A stretch of 64,000 nucleotides of DNA from Azolla caroliniana (taxonomy: Eukaryota; Plantae; Polypodiophyta), in assembly GCA_043228905.1 (NCBI GenBank), contig JBHGNT010000005.1, forward strand, positions 21,700,001-21,764,000, in the 5' to 3' direction. The notes beneath the pieces are model-generated. The model made no database searches. It was not told the DNA's origin and worked only from the letters and a program-made list of their open reading frames with translations. Below are positions 24,575-36,878 of this stretch, piece by piece (positions within the stretch are counted from its first letter, which is position 1; the number at the start of each line of letters is the position of its first letter). The translations under genes and the position numbers were made by a program.

Positions 24575-24950
24575 TGGCTCTTAATCTCGATGCGATTCTC
24601 TTTATCTGCCCATTAACCCACCCTTAATCTCCTTGTGGTCTTTCTCCTAATCTCCTTATTAAGCCAATTTTTAAGCTTTCACTTAACCGCCATTTGATCT
24701 CCTTATTCATCTTCCCTTGAGTTCATTATTGATTTTCTCTTTATTCCTGTATGAAATTCCGCTAATCTCCTTATTAGCTTCCTCATCATTCTCGTGTTAA
24801 TCTCCATTTAAGCATCTCTCTTAATCTTTATTTACTTCGATCATAATCTCTTTGCTAATCTTCATTTAACTATCTCTTAATCTCCATTTGCTTTTCGTTT
24901 AATCTCCTTATTAAGTTCCCCTTAATCTCCTCGTTAATCATCTCTTAGCC
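24575..24950. repeat. Degenerate ~22-bp-period array with TAATCTCC core, upstream of the STIG1-like gene
   Basis: About a dozen TAATCT(C/T) cores; clean 22-bp spacing at ~24878, 24900, 24922. Confidence 0.65.
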
Positions 24951-25127
24951 TTAACATGAAACCCAGCTTTCTTCTTATATGGTGAATCTCATCATCCATT
25001 CGCAAACCCATCTATCTATCACCACTACTATTTTCATCATCATCAAATATGGGCTCATGATGAGCACTGCTGTCCCATCAATAGGAAGAATCATTTAGTT
25101 CTTCTCTAAAATTGGAGCTTTAGTACA

Positions 25128-25880
25128 ATGGTGAGGTTCATATTACCAAGGTTAGGCTTCATTTACAGGTCATGGTCCATAGCTAGAGCAACCTTGTGTG
25201 TGCTCTGTTTGGTGGCAATGGGCATGGTGATAACCCTAGTGTTGCTAATGGTGTTGAATATGAACAAGACACATGCTAACAAGGAGGCAGGAATCAGTGA
25301 TGGTGATGTAAGGAAGCCAAATCCCAATGGAAGAGGAAAAGGAAATGGAAGAGGTGAAGGAGAAGGAGGAGGAGGACATATATATTGTAGAAAGATGAAG
25401 AGGAGAAGCAGTTATAGAAGTGGACACTTAAACCCTAACCCTAACCCTAGGTCAAGACGAAATGCTAGAAGAAGACATGATTTATGCAGCAAGCATGGGA
25501 GTGTTGTCCCATGCAATAATGTCACTAGTAGGGCAGTGCTGGGTCCACACATTCACAATGTTACCACTATAGGCAATGGCCATGGTATTATAGACAAGGA
25601 GACCATAGAATATGTCCATGATACTCCTGGCAATGGACATGATGCTAGAGACAATGGGCATGATACTATAGACCATGACATTGATGTGTCAAGTCTAAGT
25701 AGTGATTATGATGATGATCCACACAATTGTGGAGGCTGTGGGAATGTGTGCGGACCCCTTTCGCCAACGTGTTGCGGTGGACATTGCACACATCTCTCCA
25801 ATGACCCACTCAATTGTGGTCTTTGTGGCCATTCTTGTACCTATAATTCTACATGCTTCTATGGAATGTGCAATTACTAA
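25128..25880 (+). CDS. STIG1-domain (stigma-specific Stig1/GRI-like) cysteine-rich protein, 250 aa, intronless
   Basis: N-terminal hydrophobic segment. C-terminus DPHNCGGCGNVC...TCCGGHCTHLSNDPLNCGLCGHSC...CFYGMCNY matches the Stig1 cysteine pattern. Confidence 0.9.
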   Translation: MVRFILPRLGFIYRSWSIARATLCVLCLVAMGMVITLVLLMVLNMNKTHANKEAGISDGDVRKPNPNGRGKGNGRGEGEGGGGHIYCRKMKRRSSYRSGHLNPNPNPRSRRNARRRHDLCSKHGSVVPCNNVTSRAVLGPHIHNVTTIGNGHGIIDKETIEYVHDTPGNGHDARDNGHDTIDHDIDVSSLSSDYDDDPHNCGGCGNVCGPLSPTCCGGHCTHLSNDPLNCGLCGHSCTYNSTCFYGMCNY

Positions 25881-26923
25881 GCCCACATACACAATATACA
25901 TTACGCATAACACACGATAACAGTAGTATTGTTTTGTTGCCCTTAGATGTTTGCATCTTCTTGATCTTCATGTCTCTACATTTTCCTATCTAAGTTGTTG
26001 TCACTCAACCTAGTCCCAAGGGGGATGGATAATTCTATTTACTCTTGGGTCAGCGCTACAAGTACTTGTTATAATATCCTATATATTTATTGTTGCAATG
26101 CTCAAAGGTTCAAATGGCATTTTATGTTTTTGTTTGCCGAAAACATTATGGCATCATTAAGAGGCAATTTGAATAGCTTGCCCTTATAAATATGTACATT
26201 AGGGGAGTCTAAATTGTTTCTCTGTCAACCAGATGTGTGCCCAAAACATGGTCAATTATACCAAGTTCAGAAGTGCTGGAAATATTGACCATTGGCCCAA
26301 ACATTGGCCATCAACCTCCGACCAAACCATTTTTATGCATTGCTCAAATTTGAGCAATCATAAAAATTGAACTCCTGCACATATCCACTTGTGGAAGAAA
26401 AAATGTTGAAATATTGGCACTATTGGTTTTCACATGCTTCTACCAAATAATTCTGCATCATATCAAAATGTCAAGAGATGCCTCAGTTTCTTTGGCACTA
26501 ACTTGGTATTATCCTATTTTAGTAACAATATGAAATATTTTTTTGGAATCATAACATGGTACTAAAACTCCATACTACTAAGAGACCTTATATTGTTGTA
26601 GATTCATGCACAAGGTGTTATCAACATAGTGCCAATCCTTAACACCTTCCACAAGAAATAAGTCGGAGAGGATGCATTCAATGAGTGTGTGCAAGCACTA
26701 CAACAAAAACAAGACTTCAATGAGTATGCATCTTATGAAGATAGGCTTCTTATTGAAATAAAATGAACTGAAGGATTTGCATTCAATAAAATCCAGGTTA
26801 ATATATACACCAGCATTATTGCTCCACATGGACTTGAGCTGGTACATTGTTAAAACAAATATTGTTTTGAGTAGTTACAAACCAAACACGAGAGAGAGAG
26901 AGAGAGAGATGCATGATGGCCTC

Positions 26924-29900
26924 TCATGTTGAGGGAGAATCATGGAACAATTGGTGGGGGGCATCATGTGAAGCCTCAGAAAAATGCTTCTTCAATATGT
27001 GGGATCCCTCTTGTCGTCTGACCATAACATCCTCTATCGATTTTGCACATTTTATGACCAGCAGATCTGACTCTACTTCTCCAGCAGCTGTCAGGAGTTT
27101 GATCCAATTCTCTGTCAGAGCACCATACACGTATTTTAATATTTTGATGATCCTTACAAATCAATTTTTAAATTCCTCTTAGGAAATAAAAATATAAGTT
27201 GCTACAAACCTTGCGTGGGCAGGATTTGTTCTTCACAAAGCTTCGTAAGAGTATCAACTCCATACTGTATTCCATACAATTTGCACAAACAAGTTTAATA
27301 ATCTATGTTGACGTGTTTTGGACCAGACAATTTTATTTTAAGAAAATTTACCAATATACTGTTATTATTTGTGTCAATTTCCAAAATTCCATACAAGATT
27401 CAAAAAATTTCCAACAAAATATAATACTTATGGAGCCAAAGGGAATATGGCTCAGCACCCTCAATCGAGGCTAATCACCCCCAATCGAGATTAATTACAT
27501 GGCTAAAGTTTTTTAACTGAATGATACTTGAATTAGTTGGCATGATCAGTATATGAAATGTTGATAAAAATATAAGTTATTACTAAGTAAACATCAGAAC
27601 CTTGTGTGCAGCTTGGAGGAGGTCAATGCCTCTGTGTTCCAAAAACTCCGGAGTCACCGAGCCAGTATAAATAAACTTGATCATTTCTTTTGCAATACTA
27701 AAAGATACATCCTTCAGCTCCAAGACATTTGAATTGCGGATAGCCATAACTTCCAAATTCAACTTAAGCTTCTGCACATTTTTAGTCAACAACAGAAACA
27801 AGCTCAATGAGCATTGAGAGTAAAAACGTGTTGCACATAAAAGAAGAGATATTTCATAGAACATTACTTCAAATATTTCAATGTGATTCACAAAATACCC
27901 CTCATTTTTCTCACCTTTGATGCCCCACAGAGTAACAATTTGAGGGCATTTATTCCCTTACCCTCTGCACAGATTTCGACAATGCTATGATTTCCACTTT
28001 CAAAGACACTATTCCAACCTTTCTTCACAAAATCTTGTGTATCAACCAGCTGCTCATTAATTCCCTTATGGGATAGTTTTTTCAATGTAGCTCCAGCGAG
28101 AAGCTTCAAAACAGAATCCCAATGCCGGTATTCCCAACCTGCAATACAAAATAATGTAAAATTAATCTCCTTAAAATGTTCAAAAACAAAATTTCAGGAT
28201 TTAGAAGGCACCATAAAGCCATGCCCTTTGAATCAGCACATGTAACGGCTGGAGATGGGGCTGACTAAGGTCAATTGGGATAATAACAAAAATGTAAGCA
28301 CCATTTGGCCAGAGTTTTCCAAAAAAAAGAATATAACCCAATAAACAAAAGTGCAAATCTATAGTAATAACTAGTCCATTGCATTAAGCACACATTTTGG
28401 CAACCGCTTCACATATTACAGACTATGATATATGGGGCTATATACATGAACCACTAATATTCTATATGGGGCTAAATTTCTAGATACACAATGTATACAC
28501 AAGTACATATATAAATTGTTTATTCAGATATTCCTCATTACTTATTCACCACACACAGAACATTTGCATGAAGGGTATCAATTATTAAGACCCTTGAAAT
28601 TTTCTCAGTTGATAAAAGATTGATATTTTCCGAATTCCGAGGCATTTGTTTTCAAATATTTTTATAAAACAAAATGCAATCAGTAAGACTGCTTTACTTT
28701 CTCTACCTTCTCTGCCAACACACGTGGTTTCATCAGCAAATTGAGAATCACAATGTGGTGATTCTCTTTATATTGGAACCTCAAGAAAAACAATCCATTT
28801 GTACAGTAAGGATCAAGAGAAATACCGCGTAAGTAAAGTACTGACTTTAGCTCCAATGCTAGAAGTAGTGGCGTCTTCTGGTCTAAACTAATCTTCTTTG
28901 TTTCAGTTGACCCATCTGAATGACCCTTAGAATCATGTCGGATAATAGATAGCTTGTTTGCTTTCGGAGGTGATGCAGCTTTAAGGCATGGATTCGCCCC
29001 ATGCTCAAGAAGGGTCTCTAATATATCCAGATTCCGACGAGTTTCAAACTTATAAACAGCTAAATGCACAGCTGTCATACCCTGGAAAATTAGAACTACC
29101 AAATTTAAATAAACACAAATACTATGACTAGTCTATTGTAGTTTATATAAAGCATATTTAGAATAGAATAAGATCACAATCCCACCATTTACTATAAGAG
29201 CAAAACTATTGTGACTAGTTCTACTAGATCCAATATCTTTTTGTATGATCTCTTGATGCAAAAATACTGTAACTCTTCTCACTTTGATAAACTCAAACAA
29301 GAAAAACTCAGATACAATTATTAATGCCTTACAACTTAGAGTTTCCATCCTTGAAGAAGACAACAAACACTTTCAAGCTCGTTAAATAAAAGGGAATATT
29401 GCTAAGAATAAGGAGAGCAAATTTAACCCTAAACTCAAGAAAATCAAAGCCAAATTAAAAAAGAGTGGGCAAATTTTATTAAAGATGAGCTAAAGTAGAA
29501 CTCGCCCAATCCAAAGAAGTGAAATCAACAATCTAAATAACATCAAAACTGATTTATAGCAAGAGAAGTAAAAGTGGAAATCAAAATAAAAGAGTCTAGA
29601 AGAGTGGAGGTAGGTACGAAACACATAACAAGGAATCAAACTTGTGTAGATTGCAACTGAAGAAGAGCGAGTAAAACATGTGAATGATTCACTGTGCAAG
29701 TCACGGCATCCCCAGGTCACCAGATGTCACCCCCACAAAGAGGGAAGAACACTTTGTACCAAGCTTGAGTATAACAAGGAAGAAGCGACCCCATTGGAGG
29801 GCGAGAAAAGATGCCACTAAAGCTTGAGCACTCATATCCTAATTCTGGACCGAACTAAGAAGAATTATCTTCCCCAAAAAGTGAGCCATACCACAGGGGT

Positions 29901-31892
29901 TGGATAGCACCTGTCTTCCTTGATTATGACCTGACGAATATGCAAATCGACCTTAGAAAAACAAAAATGCAAAGGTTCATATGAGCATGCAAGGAAGGCA
30001 AGGAGGTTGCTTATTAGGATGGTGGCATTGTTATCAATGGAAAGGCCATCAAATAGGAATTCAAAATCAATGACACAACAGAATCAGAGCTACACATTGC
30101 AGTTTGCAACGGTAATGGAACCTCGTGGACATTGCCAGGAAGCATGGAAGAGGTGATGATGGAACGACATGCTCCTCATCACAAAGACACACCAAAAGCC
30201 CAAAGAAAGGTCTACCCCACATGGAGAACTTTCAATGGGAGTGCATGTACAGAGAAATCCCCAGCGGGTTGGATGGGAGCAGGATCGCACATATCTTCCA
30301 ATGACATTTACATCCACACGTATAGATAGTGGAAAGGGATGCATAGCCTAGATACATGTGGATCTAACTCAATCTCTAAGAGAGACAAGTCTTATTCATT
30401 GAATTATGTTACTTCCACAGAAGGGATTAAATATAAAAATTCAAACAACAATCAAGGAACCAAATGAGACAGAAATTGAATCACCCTATCATGTCCCATT
30501 TCAGGGCATTGTACGGTACTCAAGTCTAGGCAAAGTATTCCTCATGGGAGACTTCAACGCCAAGATGCAAAATAGACAATGTGATACCTATGACTTGGGA
30601 AGAGCCAGAAATGATGCATTCAATATCTTTGGAGAAATTAGGAACATGTAGGAGCTAAGCTGACTGCTGATCAAACAACATAGGATATGGAAAACATCTA
30701 TTAAAGCTACGGTCTCAACACCACCAAGTTATTTTCAGTGAGATGAACTCATTGCTAGATTCTAGTGGCCTTACATATTTCTCGCTAGGAGGTGGGAGCA
30801 CAATTCATTATATCCTTGGGACAAGAGAAACTATCAAAATCTTCACTCTCCTATCCCACCCATTCAGCATCAACCACGCTTATTTTTCCATAACCCTTAA
30901 CAACAAAACACAATCACAATTGCCTTCTATCTCATCATCAACCTCACCCCTATACACAACAAGCTCATACAATTGAAAATAGTCACTGGAGATTAGCAGA
31001 ATATTGAGTATAAAAAGTGAATGTGTGACCTATGTCACCTCAACAGACCAGAAACAGAAGAATGTGTTGCTTTCCAGAATTCCTCGGATATGAGGACAAG
31101 AAACAATTTTCAAGGATCCTAGCTAGGATGGAAACATTGCCAATAACACTAGAAATCCTCTTTGTTCATCTACTTGACCACAAAACCAAACTCATGAAAT
31201 GCCTAAACAGTGAAATTAGGAAACAAGCTTAGTTTTTCATTCAGCTTTTAGGTTTTCTATATGTTCTAGGTGGAATATCTAAACTTTGAAATTAGTACAC
31301 ATGCTTAGTTTTCCATTCAGATTTTACGTTTTCTATATGTTCTAGGTGAAATACTTAAACTTTGAAATTAGGAAACAAGTTTAGTTTTTCATTCAGCTGT
31401 TAGGTTTTCTTTATGTTCTAACATTTTAAAATCCCCCATCTACACAACTGGGAGAGTGCTTTGTAACAATTGTTGGTCCCAAGGATCACGTTGGGCCCCT
31501 ATGACGTCGATATATCATCCCTCGGGTACATCCTAGTTGGTAAATTTGGTATTTTTATTATTAACCCATAGATCTGAGTTCAAAGCCCCACAGTTCACTC
31601 AATGAATGTATTGGTCGAAGTTTGACCGCATGCACTTCAATGATCCACCTTAATATGTAGAAACAGATATAGATATAGCTATGGCCTTTACCTGCTCATT
31701 ATACGTATTAACATTAATGGTGCCTTTCTTAAGGAGAATATGTAGAAGTTGAAGGTTTCCTTCTTCAACACTGCGGAAGAAGCTGGATAGGCTAATAGAA
31801 GCTTTGCTCTCATCATTTTGAGATATAAGAACATTTTCGAGATTGGAAGCTACATGCGACGCATCCACATGAGCAGGATTGTGTCCTTCCAT
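26924..31892 (-). CDS. Ankyrin-repeat + BTB/POZ (+BACK-like) protein, 364 aa; exons 31892-31692, 29081-28826, 28138-27915, 27771-27601, 27264-27210, 27111-26924
   Basis: All introns GT-AG and phase-consistent (1095 nt). Ankyrin motifs SVEEGNLQLLHILLKKG.INVN, GMTAVHLAV...LETLLEHGANP, QKTPLLLAL. BTB motifs LELKDVS...MIKFIYTG...LLQAAHKYGVDTLTKLCE. A 5' UTR intron is likely (acceptor ~31900, donor ~32219). Confidence 0.88.
30250..30900 (+). mobile_element. LINE AP-endonuclease relic in the first coding intron of the ankyrin-BTB gene
   Basis: KVFLMGDFNAK (GDFN motif) and GGGSTIHYILG (decayed STIDY motif), with frameshifts. Confidence 0.7.
31211..31421. repeat. Tandem repeat, ~76 bp x2.8 (intronic)
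   Basis: TGAAATTAG...TTAGTTTT.CATTCAG...GTTTTCT.TATGTTCTA three times. Confidence 0.88.
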
Positions 31893-32348
31893 TGTGTTTC
31901 TGCAGAAAAAAGATAGAATTTTATTTTTTTTCTAAATAGACATGAACATGAATCTGTCTCCCCTATGACGTGCAAAAGTGGTTACCGACTCCATTCTAAT
32001 AAACCTACACCAAGAATCGATATCAAGATGTACAGATAATATCATACATTATGATGAAGGATACTGCTGATCTTTTGGGGAACTCGAGGTTTTATGTTCT
32101 TTCTAGATATGGTTTGTCTCATATGCAGATTTCACCCTCTACAAGATGCACGCACAACTCTCTATTTCTCTGCTTCTGAACCCTAAACACTCAGCTGAAA
32201 GACGTACTGGAGACTTACCAAATGTCTATCTCGACGATGAAGAAGAGCTCCTCCTCAGATCCACCAAAAAGCCACGCTCTGTTCAAGACGATGGGACCTC
32301 CACGAAATGTAAAAACGCCCACCAAGCAGACACACATCAGAGCATCAG

Positions 32349-32640
32349 GATCCTCGATCACTTTTCTTTATTTCCCCAAATGCCCTCCACTTTCCTTCTA
32401 GAATCATCATCGATCACTTTTCTTTATTTCCCCAAATGCCCTCCACTTTGCTCTAAGAACCCCCCCCCCCTTTCCTTCTAGAATCATCCTCGATCACTTT
32501 TCTTTATTTCCCCAAAATGCCCTCCACTTTGCTCTAAGAACCCCCCCTTCCTTCTAGAAAGAATCATCCTCGAGCACTTTTCTTTATTCCCCCCCAAAAT
32601 GCCCTCCACTTTGCTCTAAGAACCCCCCCCATCCTTCTCA
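32349..32640. repeat. Tandem repeat, ~55-80 bp x4 with poly-C tracts, at the 5' end of the ankyrin-BTB gene
   Basis: TCGA(T/G)CACTTTTCTTTATT...AAATGCCCTCCACTTT four times; three copies carry GCTCTAAGAA followed by poly-C. Confidence 0.9.
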
Positions 32641-32728
32641 ATCCTCAGCATGTAATGGGGCAGGTTTCATACATCCTATTATGGGCGGAAACAAAGCTCC
32701 AAGCAAACCACAAGAGTTTAATGTGGAT

Positions 32729-32768
<40 letters not shown>

Positions 32769-32782
32769 ATGTATGTATGTAT
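32729..32782. repeat. (GT)n(GTAT)n microsatellite
   Basis: Direct reading. Confidence 0.9.
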
Positions 32783-33591
32783 CAATTAGTCTCGAAGTTG
32801 GACAATATTGTAGGCTTCTGATTAGTCTCGTTGTTGTATAGAGTGCATTAGTAGGAGTAGAATATACATAGCATCCTCATGTATCATGTGTTGTTTGGAC
32901 AAAATGGGATGACGTTGACCGTAATAATTACTATGTAAAGTGGATATAATTGCCCTTTCAAGTGCTCCCGTGAGCATTAGAAAATGTAGGTGGATATGGT
33001 GGGGAGATAGCAATAATATGTTCTTTTATTGAATTCCATTGGTCAATCATCGTTAGTGAGAAGCAAATGATATTAGTGACCATGCAATTGTTATGGTGGG
33101 GAGATGACAATAACATGTGGAGTGCATGCCCCTCGCACTTGTGTTCTTTCCTTGAATGTCCTTGGTTAGTCGTCATAAGAGAGAAGGAAGTGACACCATT
33201 GAGTATGTGATTGCTCAAATAGCGTGTATCATTCAAGAAGAAAAATGAGATGATACTTGACCACACATGTGCTTGATAGCATATACAATTGTTGTTTCAA
33301 TTATATAATGACCAACAGCCATACAAAAATGTGGATGGCATGTGGGAAAATAACAACTCACTCTAGGGATTTCGGAGTTTTCCCTATATGGGGAATCTAC
33401 CAAATACATCTATATGTATGTATATCCATGAATTTTTCAATAGACTTGGGTACATTGATTGAATTCCCCAATTTACCATTGTCCCTTTTTTCCTAACTCC
33501 TTGCCCTTGTATTTTTCTCATTATTTTGTTTTACTCTCTCTCTCTCTCTCTAGAATTCCATAGTTTTCGTCTCTCATTAATGTGTGGGTGG

Positions 33592-33631
<40 letters not shown>

Positions 33632-36409
33632 ATTCTAGGATTTGTAACATTTGTATTCAAGACATGTTGAATAAATCTTTGTTTGTTCATTGCCTTCACA
33701 CTCCAACTAAGGAAGTGGAGAGAAATGCATCGTTCCAATGAGTTAACAAAGCAAATCTACTTTTGTTTATGTTGTTTTGCCTATCTGGGGGGCTACCTTC
33801 AATAGGAAAACCTTTCGAGTGGATGAGGTGTCATTTTGTTCTAATTGATGGTTTATTTAGAGAGATACGTTCTATTATCATTCTTGGATGCAAAATGTGG
33901 CCCATTGAACCAAAGAGAAACAGTTTGCATGCAATGTATAGTTATGCGGAGTTGATTAATTATGCTTGATGTTCACTTTTTTTAATAAACATTGTAAATA
34001 ACAATGCACATTACGATTGGGAGAAATGTGTGTACTCAAATGAGATTGAGAGTGGCAGAATGTGATATACGCAATGCAAATTATACATATTTGACAAGTT
34101 TCCTCACATTCTCCAAGTTGAAGGGTGGAGCACTCTATCAACGTGTGATACTTGAACACATGAATATGTTTTGGCAAAATATGGGTTGTCAACGAGTTTC
34201 CTTGTTTATGCCTTGATGCCCTAGCTCACATCGAAGCTAGTGCAAGTTAAGCTATATGGAAGCAATGGTACAAAGCAAGGAATAAGGGGATGGACTTATT
34301 GTTGGAGTCACTGAGGTAATGATGATTGCGCAATTTCTTATCTGTTGTTATTATGAGGTCAACTTTTCGATGTAGCATGTACTTAATAGATAGAGATCCA
34401 AAGGAAGATTCAACTATATATTCCATATTCCCCACACGTACACATGACTGACTTATAACATGTCTTATTTTACTTATTTTATTGCATAAATTTATATAAT
34501 TGAGTTCTTTACATGATATTAGCATGTAAGATTTATTCATCAACATGGCAACTCCATTTATTGTGTGTTGATCCTTGACGTCGTCATTCAAGGGAAACCA
34601 ACTCATACGTGTCGTCTTGGTTGACGATTGCTATTGTAGTGCATGGAAGAGCTCCGCCATGTTTTTGGCCTTATAATAATTGAAGGAAAACGAAGAGAAA
34701 AATAAATTGTCAACAACAAGATCAATATGCAAATGGGAAGCTTTGTCCCTAGTAACAAGGACAAGGATAAACTAACACGATTCATTTTGGACAAGGATAT
34801 TATAGGGGCTCAGTAATAACAATTTACAAACATTCCAAATCCAAGAATCATTGGTTACGCTAGCTTACAACAATGGGCTTGCCAAAGTGATGTATTGCCT
34901 AGCGTTGTGTGTGTAAGTGAGGGTGTGATCACATGCATGGCTACATATAATATGTGAAAATGCTAATGTGTGTGTGTGTGTTGCCAACGTAATTGCATGC
35001 ATACTTCAACCATCAAGGTCCACACCCTCGAGATCAAGTCCTTGTGTAATTCTCTTGGCTCCATTGACATGCAAGTTAAAATACTTCCCTCGACAACTTG
35101 TTTTAATGACAATACATCTTTTGACTCAACAATTGCATGATACTAACACTACCTCTTTTAATGAAGGTAGCCATTATCTCTTGGCTAGAAAGCCTATAAA
35201 AAGTGATTTGATGAATGGAGACCATGGATGACGAAACAAATGCTCCTTACAACAATGGAATGTAGGACCTTGTCTTGACACTACCATATCTAAATCAATC
35301 ACGAGATGATGGATATCTTGATGTTGATAAGATTGGACAATTCTTGATTAGACATGGCCTATTTCCACCTAATCACGCAACCTCGAGGGGGAGAAATGAA
35401 AGCCATGCTTGTCTTCTGCTTATGGTATGACATAATTGAGCTTGAAGGGGCATGTCGAGATAACAAGCTCAACCACTCTCCTTGGGGCACGTGTATGTTA
35501 AAACCCACCATGCCCTTGTTCTTACGAATAAGTCATATACAATATTATATGTTTATTTGGTCCCATAAGTAAAAAATGGCCTCCTTTTTAATTTATTCTA
35601 ATACATAGGTTTGATCCCTACCATGGGCTAGACCTCGTCTCATAAATCACAATCAGTCTCCCTGTGGATATTCAGAAGATATGTACCTTAAAACATGAAA
35701 TATCTTATTTAATTTATTCCATTACATAAATCTAGATGCGCTAGTTCATTATGCGCACCATATTAGAAACTTCCACGAAGCAACAATATAACCTCTCCTC
35801 TTTTAATGAATTTCTTCTATTATGTTATTTACATAGAGTTAGAAAACACAACACACTCGAGATGGTTGCGTCAACCATTTGGAGATAACGTAAGTCATCG
35901 TGGCATGCAATTTAGGACAAGTGTTATAGGCATAACCTAACGAACCAATTTTATAGCTAATTTCAATGGGTTAAGGGTAGAATAGTTAGGAAACTGGTTA
36001 TCCTAGGAATTGCAATGACAAATCTACAAGGACCTAGATGACATATGGTATTATGGGAACCTTAGATGTTGAGCTATGTAAAGAGAAATAACTATCCCTT
36101 TCATTAAGGCATCTCAAGGCACAATCAAGACTCTATTAACGAGGTCATCATTTCAACAACCAAGATATACCATAAGGTAATCTTTTGTGGCATGGGACAC
36201 CGATGACTTTCTATGTTTTGTCTCATGTCCTTTGCTAGGGGGTGGTCGGTGTGGTTAAAGCACACTTAAATCCATTCTTCTCCTTAATTTCTTATTTGTT
36301 TGCTTAATTAGTTCGATGTGTAGTACAAGGTGACATACGCAACGAGAGGATAGACAAATGGATTATTAACATTCGTGGATGACGGATTGCGACCTATTAG
36401 ACAATGCCT

Positions 36410-36827
36410 TGTTACCGGCCGGCAAGGAGTCCAAAATACGGAGTGAAGGAATTAATTAAATATGGTTGTAATGAGCATAGTGTGGACGGACGGACTGGAA
36501 ACGGTATGCCGTTCCAGATCCGGACGGATCCCGAATAGGTGCGATAGGCACCGTTTTGTACTACGGGCCGGAAACCTATTTAAAGGCCCGGACCCCATTG
36601 TAATCGCAGCGGATAATTAATAGAGCTTATGATGTTTATACTTCTGTCTTGATTTCCGTTCTGTAATTACTGTTATATCTTACGCGTGTAATTAACTAAA
36701 GCACTCTAATCGTGTAACCTATGGAAGTCGTTGTAATCGTTGAATCTTAATCCTATGCCGTAATCACCCTTTGGTGAAGTGTCTCCGTGACACCTTGTGT
36801 TAGGCCTTGTCCGGTCAGCGAATAACA
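36410..36827 (+). repeat. 5' LTR (418 bp)
   Basis: Differs from the 3' LTR by 3 C/T substitutions and one 1-bp indel (hand alignment). TATA-like CTATTTAAAGG at ~36577. Confidence 0.95.
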
Positions 36828-36878
36828 CAGTTTTGGCGACCACGATTCCTGCTTTCTCGCAGCGAACGACGGTAATGG

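Noticed and set aside
26924-31892. NPR1/BOP orthologue
   Set aside because: Domain order is ankyrin then BTB, the reverse of NPR1/BOP, and no NPR1 C-terminal domain is seen.
33750-36400. Short ORFs suggesting a gene or Helitron
   Set aside because: No recognisable motif or consistent splice model; probably old decayed repeat.
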